A DNA stretch of 64,000 nt from Trypanosoma brucei. Its lineage: Eukaryota. The position numbers were made by a program, and so were the translations under genes. Under the pieces are notes generated by a model, which searched no databases, had not been told where the DNA came from, and worked only from the letters and a program-made list of their open reading frames with translations. The stretch's first letter is position 1. Each line of letters starts with the position of its first letter. The stretch covers positions 192,001-256,000 of the forward strand of contig CP000069.1 of NCBI GenBank assembly GCA_000002445.1. Direction: 5' to 3'. Below, piece after piece: positions 37,296 to 48,266 of this stretch.

Positions 37296-38660
37296 ATGAT
37301 GCACGAATTAGTGTTTATCATTGGGTTGTTTGTGGCTGTTTTATCTGTTTCTTCTCAGAGCGATTTGTCGAGACACAATTGGAGCATAATATCTAGAAAC
37401 CGGAGTGTGTTTACAAAACTCGTTAGTGAGCTCAACAACCACCACAGCATTGGTGAATTCGAGGCACTTTGCAAGATTTACAGAATCACACAAGCGGAGA
37501 CACCGAAGTCTTCCTTTAAGAATCGTGAGAAGGAAGCTGAGATTCTGAAGAAGTTGGAGGAGATGGTCAGTGAAACTGAGGCTGTGGGTGGTGATAAAGG
37601 TTCAAGTAAGTTGGGTAAAAGAACGACGGCATATCAGGAGATAAAGATACTTCTTGAGAAGGCGAAAAAGCTGAAGGAAGAAATAGAAGTAAATAGGACA
37701 AGATCGCTAAATGCAAGTCGTTCTGCTGAGGAAAATATGTTGAGAGCTGTGTATGGCGACGCTGTGGATGTGGCGAGAAATGAAAATAAAACTCTGGAGG
37801 AAGCCATGAGAGGAAACAAATCACTACTGTTCAACAGTGTTGATCATGCAAATATGAGTTGTGGTTCTTACGGAGACAAACTGGTTGGAAAGACACTGAT
37901 CAATGACTTTTTCTGCCTATGTGTGGGAGAGGCTATAGATGTACAAATAAGAAGCAATATGTTTTCGGGACTCGAGTTAAGCTCGAATTACCACCCTGTG
38001 TATAATGGGTTTAACTGTCCCTGCAAGGATGAAATAAGGAGACCCCAAAATGGAAGTTGGACTATGATGGCTGATTATTGCCCAAGCAACTATAATACTT
38101 GCGACCCTAGAAAGGTAAAATACAACCATACTGAGGCATGGGATGTGATTAGTAAAGCTTGCGTGTACAAAAATGTTGCATCGAATGTGAAAACTCTGAA
38201 GAGTGCACTAGCTCAGTTTGATGCGTTGGTGAATTTAGAGCAGGATAATTATCAAATGAAGGGTATTCTTGGGTACGCGGATATTTCAGAAAACACAAAT
38301 CGCACATGCAACGGTCATACTGCTGGATTCACGTGTGTCAGTTACAATTACACACTTGAAAATGGTGGAATTCCATGGTACAACCGCCTCACTAACGCCA
38401 CCAAGGAACTACAAGAAATGGCGAAGTATGCCAAAGAGGCTGACAGTCATCTTCATGAATTGGAAGAGTACCAACATGAGGCAGAGGAAATATATCTTGA
38501 AGTGAAACTTGGTGGTGATGCAGAGCTATGGAAGAGTAGCCGAGGTAAGGGTTACAGTGGAGGTGATGATACTGATGTAAATAATGATGGGCTCAACTAT
38601 ATAAATATTACAACTGACTTTCTTATATTATTGTTTTCATCTTTTATTTGTATATCTTAG
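37296..38660 (+). CDS. PAG: Procyclin-associated gene product (PAG family), diverged/mosaic paralogue
   Basis: 454-aa ORF collinear with the 457-aa PAGs. It is near-identical over most of its length, but has clustered substitutions at residues ~2-45 (MMHELVFIIGLFVAVLSVSSQSDLSRHNWSIISRNRSVFTKLVSEL) and ~213-240 (AIDVQIRSNMFSGLELSSNYHPVY), and GKGYSGGDD replaces GKGEGDGEGDD. Confidence 0.75.
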   Translation: MMHELVFIIGLFVAVLSVSSQSDLSRHNWSIISRNRSVFTKLVSELNNHHSIGEFEALCKIYRITQAETPKSSFKNREKEAEILKKLEEMVSETEAVGGDKGSSKLGKRTTAYQEIKILLEKAKKLKEEIEVNRTRSLNASRSAEENMLRAVYGDAVDVARNENKTLEEAMRGNKSLLFNSVDHANMSCGSYGDKLVGKTLINDFFCLCVGEAIDVQIRSNMFSGLELSSNYHPVYNGFNCPCKDEIRRPQNGSWTMMADYCPSNYNTCDPRKVKYNHTEAWDVISKACVYKNVASNVKTLKSALAQFDALVNLEQDNYQMKGILGYADISENTNRTCNGHTAGFTCVSYNYTLENGGIPWYNRLTNATKELQEMAKYAKEADSHLHELEEYQHEAEEIYLEVKLGGDAELWKSSRGKGYSGGDDTDVNNDGLNYINITTDFLILLFSSFICIS

Positions 38661-41600
38661 TTTGTGATTAATTTGGTAATTGCTTTGTGTGGTGTCGCTT
38701 TTTTTTTTTCTTTGTGGAGGGGAGGAGGAGGGATGTTGTATTTGTGTGCAGTTGTTTTCAAATTAATTATAAATTTGGTAACAAAAATTTCTGCAAATGT
38801 TGCTTTTGACTGTGTTTGAGCGTGGCTGTTGGGACGTTGACGGGGAATCGCCACGGCAGGGTCATTTCCCGAGAGGGTGCCGATACGTTGTGTTACTTTT
38901 TCATTTTCACATCGCGCAAGGATATGGGTATGCTACTATTAACAAATCATTTAGCTCCTATCTAGTACGCTCCGCTGCGGCAGAAAAATAAGGGGCCACG
39001 AGCCAAATTCTATGTGTCTACGAGCACTGTCAGCCTTCCAAGGACTCTCGGATCTCTATCGCAGCGAGTTTAGGTTAAAAGTGGGGTGAAGAACTCCTCC
39101 TTCTGCTTGTTCCGACCGAACATAGAGGCGTGACGGCAGCTCCTTCGTTTCCATCCACGGAGGACACAACATTCGCTGAATTATCTCTTAATGGAGCGTT
39201 TTTTTGTTTTTAAGTGTAAAATAACTGTTTGGTGTATATATATATATATATATATATATATTGACTGAAAGAAGGAGTCGAGAGCGTCTTTTCCGAGTGC
39301 ACTTTTCTCCGGCGGATCTCCCACTAACCTGTGCCGTAGGGCTATGGCTCCCAAAACACGTGTAAACACTACTGTATGATGTGGGTTATCGTGTTCATTG
39401 GCGTGGTAGTACTCTTTAATCCAGCGTATTCCATGTTTGATGTCATTGTGTATTTAGAAGCCCACTTTGGAGTAGATCCTTATCCCGGCCTCGGAGGGGA
39501 TACTGCACACAGTTGCAACGCGTTGACGATGGAGCTCTGGGGCGCTGTTGGTTAGGTTTTCAAGTTTTGGAGTGACCCAATCTGTGTATTTTCTAGAGCT
39601 GAACCGTTAAGCTGCTGAGGGATGCATATTTATGCGGTCACTGTTAACTTCAAATGAGTTGTTCATCTGCTGAAGCCGTTTCCCCGGACGGTGGCTCTTT
39701 ATCTCCCTATGTGTTATCCTGGCTTCACTTTGTAAGGCCACTGCCTTCACTAGGTTTGTTTTCCTGGTGTCTGACCCTTTTCTGTGGAGGTATCCCGCCT
39801 TTCAATTTGCTTGCGATGTTGCATTCCCTGAACTGTGGCGGATTTGATTCTGTAGCCTTTTCCGTTGGGAGAGCCAAGCTCTCAGTCATTCTCCAACCCT
39901 GTGTTTCACCACTTGTTTTTACTTTGTTTTTATACCTTCGTTTGATTCTGTAATTTTCGTTGCGCGTTTAGTCTGCGCCTACTCCGCTCTCACTGTTTAT
40001 CTTCAGTTACTTGCTCACAGAAAGTCTGAGCAGATTCGTGGCAGCTTGTTCCCACTTTACGCATTTATCGACGGGCAAATTCTCGTTACCCTGCGAAGGT
40101 GCTCTGGGACTTGGTAAGTAATCAGCTTCTTTTGCTGGCACAACATTTCGGTTTGTTTCAGTAGCTTGGTGACGAGACGTTTTATCACCATCTGGGTTTT
40201 ACTGTTTCTCGCCTGTGTCTACGTGGCCGTTGTTTTGTGGCTTAACCGTCCCTCTGGACTGAATGTTTGAAGCTATATTCATGAAGAACTGCGCGAGTTC
40301 CACGTATTGGTTCCTTCCTTTTCTGTTCCACTGCGCTCATCAACCCCATTCCTTCTCATCCTTGGTGTCCTCGAGTTTTTGGAGGAAGTGCCTGATCGTC
40401 TCTCGGTATTCTGTTCTTCCGTTGTTGCGAACCTCCCTTCACTTCCCTTCCCGACTGTGCACTATTTTTTGTTTTTGCACCACGTAAGTCTGGCTTGTCT
40501 GAGGAGTTTCAAATATTACCCTGAACGCCGCCTGCTTTCCGTTGTTATGTTCCACCTCTTTGTGCCTCCATCCGTAGTTGTTCCTGGGGCGATGACAATT
40601 CCAGGATCGTGCTACCGTGTGTGCGTTAGATTACCGCCCCCTGCATCAAGTAGGACATACTGAATCCGCGAAGGCTCTCCGGCTTTCGTGAGGTGTTTCT
40701 AGCAACTATCACCTTTGTTTCTTCAACTTCTTGATTTATTGTCTTTTACTCATCTATTATCTCCCTTTTCTTCAGGTCCTGCATGTTAAAAAGTATACTG
40801 TCATATTGGGCGGGAAATCATATCATAACTGTGGTATGGTTTTGAGGGTTGCAGTCTTTTACCGTGCTGGTGGCGGCTTTGCCGTCAGAATTCTTGCCGC
40901 ATACTTTGAGGTTGTATGTGCTATTCATGAATTTACGATATTCTTTTGCTATATCTTCTGAGCCAGCAGCGGCTTTGCCCGACGGAGCACAACAGCAGTC
41001 ATTTTCATTCAGCCTTTCCGCAACTGCCCTCCTCGCATATCATACTCACCGTCCACACAACATAACTTCCAATTTTATTGAAAAAGAAATTACACAACAG
41101 ATCTTGCTTGACATTTCCCCCCATATGCTGTGTCGTGTTTTACTTGGTCCTTAACCTCTGCCGCATCATTTTCTTTCTGCATCTATGTCTGACGTGCCTT
41201 TCTGCCATGCAAATGTTCAGTCATGCTCCGCGCTTACATTGCTCGTCGACCTTCGCCATGTCGCCATGTCAGCGTTGTATGCTCCTCGGTCTCCTATTTG
41301 AAACTTTGTGATATCCATCGCTGCCTCTTGTTTCGTCGGAAGTCAGGGATATATTTCACGTTCCTTCACCGCCTTGTCAGACCACGCAAGCACGTCCTGT
41401 ATGTTGCTCCTGAAGGTTGACCACGCCCTCTTTGGTAAGCCCCACCGTATTTCTCATTGCTTCGATGGTTATTTTGTAGTAATTTGTTCCCGTATCATCT
41501 CTCTGCCTCCCGTATGGGTCGTCACAAAATCCCTTCCGCATTTGGATGTTAGCGTGTTCGGCGGCGTATTCCTCTGACCTGACATTTTCCCCCGCTGTCT

Positions 41601-44600
41601 CCTCAATTTCCACACCTCTACGGTTGCACGCCCTTACATCCTTTGATCGTCTCCACTGAACTTCCCATAATTTTTTCCCCGCTTCTAGGATGTCTTCATG
41701 GCCTCCCGGCGTTTGGACTCAACGTATTGGCGAGGTTGCGGATGCTTACGACAAGTTTCATGGCAGTGGTGGAACCGAAAAACGCTACCTTTGCTGCTTG
41801 CCGTATTTTCGCGTTCCACGCCCCTGGTATCCTTGTCGTCCGCGGTCCTTTCCCCCGCGCCCTCGGCCGTTGTGGCCCCTTCTTTATTATATGGATGAAG
41901 TTTGGAGGTATGAGACTTTGGCGACACCGACGTTGGGTATGCTTTGGTAGGGCAAGGGCAAATTATGGTCTCTCTTCTTTGCTCCTCCGCCGTTTTAGCG
42001 TTCCTTTTTTCCACCCTCTCCACGGAAACTATTTTCATCGCTTTCTTCCGGTCTCGTGGCCCTGTCCTTGCACCCTTGACGGCGGGTTTCTACGCGTCGT
42101 TTTAGCTGGTGTTTCAGAAACTCAGTATTCGTGCGCAAGAGGCACCTTCGTGCATTTCCTTCTCCCAGTCTTATCCCTTCATCGCCATATTCACTGCTTC
42201 CCGCTGGAGTGTCGCATTTTCCACCACTTCCCAATGGCAGGGTCAAATCTTTCTTCCTATAGTGATAGAGGCAAATGTGTCACTTATACCAGTTTGTAAC
42301 TGGTTGTTCTTTGGTCCTTGTGAGCATTTCCTTGCACTCTCCCAGATTATTCCTAGGCTTCTTCGCCTCGTTTTGTTCATCGCTTCTGGTTTGAACCTCC
42401 CTCATGTCTGTTCGTATGTTTTTTAAAGTTTGTCACATTTCCGGGGAGTGCCCCGCTCACACAAAACACATTGATAGCATCCGTGGCGCACACGAGGGAT
42501 TTCACAGCATCTTTTAAAGCCTTCCCATGCGTCTGCCACTTCTGCCCACTCGTGTCCCTCAACTATGTCACTCATGGTTGATCCTTATCAGTGGACGATA
42601 AAGTTACATTCTGTGCCCATCACTGGATCGCGAACTCTCTCTGCCTTAGCCTCGGGGGCTATCAATAGCGTGCTTAATTCGTTGGCAAGCGCTTCGTTGT
42701 ATTGTTTCTCCTTTTCAACGCCTTCAATTTGGTATTTACACAATCGACATTTGCTGAAACACTTATCAGGGAGGGAGGCTGTTCCACAGGTCTCGCCAAG
42801 TTGTTCCGGGGGTGCGAATATGAAATTGTTAAAGGGCGAGATTTCTTTTATTCCGGCATGCGATCGCTTCTTTAGTAGAGACTCGATGTGACCGAGAAAG
42901 TTTCTCCTGCACGTGTTTGTCCCAATCCCAGCTTCGAGCGCAGCATATCCCTCGTTACGCTTCTGCTTTATGTCTCCCACCAAAACATCAATTTTACATA
43001 TTAGGTGTGTCATTCTGCAGTTGTTTCTTCCACTGCAATCTCATCTGTTATTGCACTGTCTTTCCAAACAACGTGGTGGAAGAAAATAAGCTGCATAGAA
43101 ATCACCTCATTCTTTTTACTGACCGTGAAAATCACCCTTCCATACGCGGCTCGGGATTCCATCATCCGCGCGACTCGGTCTTTCATTGTTTCCAGTAGCG
43201 TATTTAGCACCTTTTCAATTGGCACCGGTTCTGCACGATGACTGCATCCTAATATTCAGATGTCCCTTTAATCCTGTACTTTTCCATGTTGCCGAAGATT
43301 ATCGTTTCTGCAGTGGACTAACTGCCTAAACTCACCAGTTCATTTGTTGAAACTTTTCAGTCCGTCTTATTGAATATCCCTATTCTTTGCGGCGCATGAG
43401 CCTTCCTCCATTCGTCTTTTGCCTTTGCTTTTATACCCACCCGCGTATGGCAAATTTGTGTGCACTCTGGAGCCAATGTCCAAGGAGCTTTAAGTATGGA
43501 GTACACCTTGATTTTTGGTGTCGGAGCACCATCCCTCCACTGAATTCAGCCATTCAGGTATTGGATGACTTCTAGGATATTGCCGGTTTATTATGTCTGA
43601 AAAGCATCCTCTTATAGCGTTTGACATGGGGCGGTATTCCGTCGCCCTCTTGTTTGCCACTTTTCAAACAAATATCACTCGAGCTTATTTGGGCACACCT
43701 TGTTTTTGCGTGCTACGAAATCTCGGAAATCGTATGCGTTGTTTGGGGCTGTGTGCTTTCCACCCTCTCCCCGCTTGAAGTGTTGACGGAGAATCACTTA
43801 AAAGGAATGCCGTAGTTCATCTTTGCATGGATAAGTCCAGAGTGGAAGGCTGCAAACGGTTCCGTCTGGGGAGCCCTGTTCGGCTAGCACTACGGCATTG
43901 AGCGTCCGTAATCTTGTCCTTCCTAATCTTGTCGTTTGTTAAGCGTGCTTCGACGTTTTTTTTTCTTTTTGACGGAGGGCAAACGATGATGTTTTCTCAA
44001 GATCGCACTTCAATGACAGCATACTCTTTAAGGGTGGCTTGGCTGCATCATCAACCGGACGAAAGATCATTCGAGGAAGCGTGCGGTGAAACGAACGCTC
44101 GTTGTTACGGGATGGTGACGCGAAATTTGGCGGATATGCCGCGTGTTGGAAGAGAGAACAAAAGGCGCAGAGATTTGTGAATTACTGTGCCTCACCGTTC
44201 AGCCTGTCAACAACAGATGGGGGCACGTTTTGGCAGCGTCCACAAAGCCCAGGCTGGAGGTTGTTGAACGCGAGAGCGGCACCCCCGCCGTCGAGGGGCT
44301 GAAGACAAGACGTTATGTGAGCATTTTATCTCGGACCAGTGAAAGCGTAGGTGTGCCACAGGATGGGGTCCACTTTGTTCTCCACCACCTCGTGCAGAGG
44401 AAATATGTTGAAGGTGCGGAGTCAAGCGATCAACATCGTGCCGTCGGTGCTGAAATAGTGAAAAAGGGAGAACAACATGCTGAAGGAGGCGCGGCACACA
44501 ACCGGATGATGGAGCTCAACGGCGGATTTGTTTGGGCGATATCACCGGCAAAGTGTGCCCCCGAGGACTACGCGTCTGTTTGGGGTTAGCTACTATAAAG

Positions 44601-46071
44601 GATCAACGCCGCCTCATGGGTGAATGGGGCGCTGCAGTGCACAGGGTACCCCCGCCGCGGCTGGGAGAAAAGTTCCGAATGCAAGCCTCTCCGCCCGGTG
44701 ACGAATACAGCTGAACACGACATGGGGCATGGGGCAAAGGTGAATATGGTTGAATACTTGATAGTGGGGGTTGCGCAGGCGAGGGCGTATAAAAATCAGG
44801 TGCGCAAAGAGGCTGGTCAAAACGCCTGGCACTTTCAGGAATCATGGAAAAAAAAGCATGAGGATCATGAACGGTGGAAGCGGACAATATGAGCACGGGA
44901 AAATGGGGCGAGGGGAGGGTTGACAACAGGGAACAATACCCTTGCTGCCCCACAAAACGTATTGCGGGACGGCGTCTCGCAGAAGGGGGAAATATCCATC
45001 CACTGCGCAACTGACTCGGCAAGTCGCTCAAACACTGTAAAACACTGCCCCAATCGAGGCGACCACGTCTCGGCAGGAGGATGACCACTATTCCATTTCT
45101 TCCACATCAAGAGGTTCCTCCACATGTTAGCCACGTCCACGTGTGTGTGCGTATTTGTAAACCCCAGAAGTCCAGTCCACATAATAGCGGGCCCGAGTTC
45201 ATGCCCAAACCCTCTCGGAAACTTACGTTGTACAGCATGCGCTAATGCCGGTATCCATGACGGGCCCCGCCGCAGCTGCCGTGTGGGATGCTAAAAGTGT
45301 AAGAGGCACTAAAAAGCGACCCATTCGTTTGTTGTTGTTTTTTTCTGTTTTCTTTTCAAATCTTTGTGTCGTGAAATTATACGCGTATCCGAAGAGGCTC
45401 CCAACATCCTTATCCCTTCCCCGAGGGCGTGCATCGCTCAGAAGCACTAAAGCAAGTACCACTTCTCCTACGGGCAGCACCTGGTCTGATTGTTGGAGAA
45501 AACCCACACCAACAGTTGTGGGGGTGGTTGTGTGTATTTGGCCGCGTTCGGATGCCCCGGAACATCTCTGCGTTAAGTTTCTTCACCGGAAAGCGGCCAC
45601 CAGATTCATAAAATGCTCCCACCCGAGCGGCCACAATATCGGGAAGAGAGGCATCACGCCGGTGTGATGCGTATTAGAAGAGGGAAGCTGCAACACTTTT
45701 GTGGCTTCAGATTAAAAAAAAAAAGCGGGGGAGAATGGCAGCACCTACTGGAAACCTGCGGTAGAGGGAGCAAAACAACAACAAGAGGGGAATATGGCGG
45801 CAGTGCGGGCAAAGGGATCCCGCGCACCGGCAGCCGTTTATTTCTCTCCTTTACTTTCAGATATTCAGTAGCAAAGTTGCAGCGAAAGTGAAAGTTCTAC
45901 GGGTACTCGTGGGCGCTGCGATACGCATTTCGTACAAAAAGAAGTTTTCTCCCCTCTAGCATCTTCATCGCTATCCTGGGGTTAAACTAAAACGCATCTG
46001 TTGGAATAAAATTAGATTGAAAAAAACACACGCATAAATGTTCACGACTCTTAGGTTTAACGATGTGCAAC

Positions 46072-47094
46072 CTACGCCGTGTTGGGTGCAAGAGGAATGC
46101 CAGCAGAACCGCCATCCTCGATGCCGCATTCGCTACTTCCGCGGCGGATGAGAAAGTAACCGTCCATTCCCCACTCGGTGTTCCAGCTGTTGGCAATCTT
46201 CCAGTACGGCACTCCGTTTGATGTGCCCCACCCAACGAGCCTCACCGCATGTCCTCCGAGATATTGTCCTGAAACGTGGTGGTAGACGCCGCTGTTGTAG
46301 GCGATGAAGTCTTCGTAGACATCAAACGCCACCTCAAATGGACCGCGGAAGAACAACTCACGCATGTAGTCATCCTCTCCTTGAAGCGCATAGCTCGTCC
46401 AGGAACGGTAGTTGACAACGGGGATTGTCGGGTCATCGCACGTGTAATTGCACTTGGGCGTGTCAAAGTTGAACTGAGAACAGGGAGGGTACCCATTTTT
46501 GCTTTTGCTGTGGTGTGAGCAATGGGGAAATGGGTAGGGTTGGCAGTAGTCCGAAACGAGGCCTGTTGAGCTAAAGTACGCCCACGCCCTATCCGGATCG
46601 CCACCATTACAGCCATCGCCACAATCACTGCAGCACGCAAGCAAGTCACCTGCTGAGATATGGACGTCCTGCACACCCCCCATCGTACAAAATCGGTCGG
46701 ACATGGCTGAGGCCGCAGCGACTGCCCAGCAGGAGCCACAGGCGGACTGATCTGCAATTTGTGGGATGGTGGGGCAGTTGGGCCAAGCTTCAGCGGAATC
46801 GAAGCTGCTGGGAAGCGGGGCACGTGCCTCTTCCTCGGTGAATCGCCTCTTCGGAAGGATGCTGGCGTTATTATTCTTTTTAATAACACCGTTGAGCCGC
46901 TTCGCCTCGCGCAATGTTATGTTTTGCATGACGCCATCGTACTTCGCCTTCCAAATCCCGCGGTTGAGGCGGTTCACGCGGTCGACGAAAGCCTTGGAGA
47001 GGACGGGCGCGTCTTCAGCAACGAGGGCGGCGTTTACGGCGACTACAGCCGTCGAAGCGATACAAAATGTGATGCAGGCACGCATGAGATGCAT
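46072..47094 (-). CDS. CatB: Cathepsin B-like cysteine peptidase (papain family C1)
   Basis: 340-aa ORF with a signal peptide (MHLMRACITFCIASTAVVAVNA), a propeptide, the active-site Cys in QSACGSCWAVAAASAMSDRF, an occluding-loop region with multiple Cys/His (CSHHSKSKNGYPPC), the catalytic His in GGHAVRLVGWG and the Asn in NSWNTEWG. The 340-aa length matches TbCatB. Confidence 0.9.
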   Translation of the reverse strand: MHLMRACITFCIASTAVVAVNAALVAEDAPVLSKAFVDRVNRLNRGIWKAKYDGVMQNITLREAKRLNGVIKKNNNASILPKRRFTEEEARAPLPSSFDSAEAWPNCPTIPQIADQSACGSCWAVAAASAMSDRFCTMGGVQDVHISAGDLLACCSDCGDGCNGGDPDRAWAYFSSTGLVSDYCQPYPFPHCSHHSKSKNGYPPCSQFNFDTPKCNYTCDDPTIPVVNYRSWTSYALQGEDDYMRELFFRGPFEVAFDVYEDFIAYNSGVYHHVSGQYLGGHAVRLVGWGTSNGVPYWKIANSWNTEWGMDGYFLIRRGSSECGIEDGGSAGIPLAPNTA

Positions 47095-47438
47095 GTGTCA
47101 CCGGATTTGTACGGGTCTGCAAGTTCGATGTTGTCGTTGCCCCTCTGTGGAGCTGTCGTATACACTTTTTTTTTCTCCCTTAAAAAGAAAAAAACAGAAA
47201 GGAAAATCACTTGTTTTGCCCCCGGGTTGCTCAGATTAAACAGTGGAGGGGTTGGGTGGAGAGGGAATGGGGAGAGGATGTGAAGGAAGATAGGGGGAAT
47301 CATGCGGGTAAATAGCCTCCAATACTCAGTTTCGTCCATGAAAACCTGCGTTCGTATCTAATAAGGAGGAAATGTGGTGAGAGGAGGGGTGATGCGTTCC
47401 AGAGCGCACCCAGCGCTCAATGCGAGGTCAGTGGAGCT

Positions 47439-47804
47439 TCATGTCCAAAGACACCTTTCATTTACTTTACATTTTTGCAAGTCAACCCTCTCTAGTAAAC
47501 TTTCCGGGAACCCGCCCTCGTCAACAATGCCATCTCGCAACTTGATGTAGTATGGCCAACGCAAACCCTCAATCATTACGCGGTAAGTAGCCGCATCGTC
47601 GGCGTCCCCCCTTCCGTTTTGATTTGGTGCACGCGTGATGTCGGCATTAATGTAAACGGCAGATTCCGGTGCAGCGTTCGTTGGGCGGGAGAAAACGAAA
47701 CGGTACACGCCTGGTGTGGACGGGTGCTCGGAGGCTGTGAATGTGTAGCGCATCCCTTGTTCGTCGAATGCCGCTGCAAGGCGTTGCAGCTCGTTCAGTT
47801 CCAT
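47439..47804 (-). CDS. Small hypothetical protein (~121 aa)
   Basis: The ORF track shows a 180-aa frame, but its first 59 residues are low-complexity (HTHSLSPPPPPPREL) and look like UTR. The in-frame Met at 47804 (MELNELQRLAAAFDEQGMRYTF...) is the likelier start. No family recognised. Confidence 0.4.
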   Translation of the reverse strand: MELNELQRLAAAFDEQGMRYTFTASEHPSTPGVYRFVFSRPTNAAPESAVYINADITRAPNQNGRGDADDAATYRVMIEGLRWPYYIKLRDGIVDEGGFPESLLERVDLQKCKVNERCLWT

Positions 47805-48266
47805 GCTACCGTCGCAGTTACAGTAGTAGTTGCTGTTGTCGCCGTCAAGGCTACGCGTTGTGGGATATAAACAAAGCAATTCACGAGGAGGAGGAGGAGG
47901 GGGAGAGAGAGAGTGTGTGTGTGTGTAGAGATAATGTAAAAGGATTGATAGATTCAAGTTTATCAGTTCGACAAGGGGCAAAAGTTTAAGGAAAAGGGAT
48001 CATTGCTTGTTCCGCTGTACCGACAGCGTGGATCGCGCGCTCAGTGTGAGATGAAGGGAAACCAGGAGCAGGCTCGGTAGATGATTTTCCTGAGTGCCAT
48101 ACGCAGGAGACGAGTACGAGCTTCACTACTTTACCAACACTGGGAACACTTATAGCTCACTTTTTCATCTGTTGGCTCTACGGCAGAAGTTTACCACTCG
48201 ACAGATGCATCCACTGTACACACGCCCCCCACTCTTGGTTATGGAACCGTTCGTGGCGGTGAGTCA

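Larger units (their letters stand above)
17378..40873. repeat. Tandem array of three procyclin-PAG units (unit 1 17378-24796, unit 2 24797-32203, unit 3 32204-40873)
   Basis: Direct sequence identity. The segment beginning gagggttgcagtcttttaccgtgctggttagctccacggcc recurs at ~17378, ~24797 and ~32204. A fourth partial copy at 40844-40873 diverges after ~30 bp. Units 1 and 2 differ by roughly 8-10 SNPs plus a 12-nt difference in EP repeat length. Unit 3 is 8.6 kb because a GPEET gene plus 0.93 kb of spacer is inserted ahead of the EP gene. Confidence 0.9.

Noticed and set aside
41643-42299. 218-aa + ORF in the strand-switch zone.
   Set aside because: Skewed Phe/Leu/Pro/Arg composition and overlapping antisense ORFs of similar length. 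It looks like non-coding sequence, so it is kept only as part of the strand-switch finding.
46242-46889. 215-aa minus-strand ORF and 174-aa/157-aa plus-strand ORFs overlapping the cathepsin B gene.
   Set aside because: These are alternate-frame and antisense ORFs inside a well-supported CatB coding sequence. They are Ala/Pro/Arg-rich, as typical of GC-rich out-of-frame translation.
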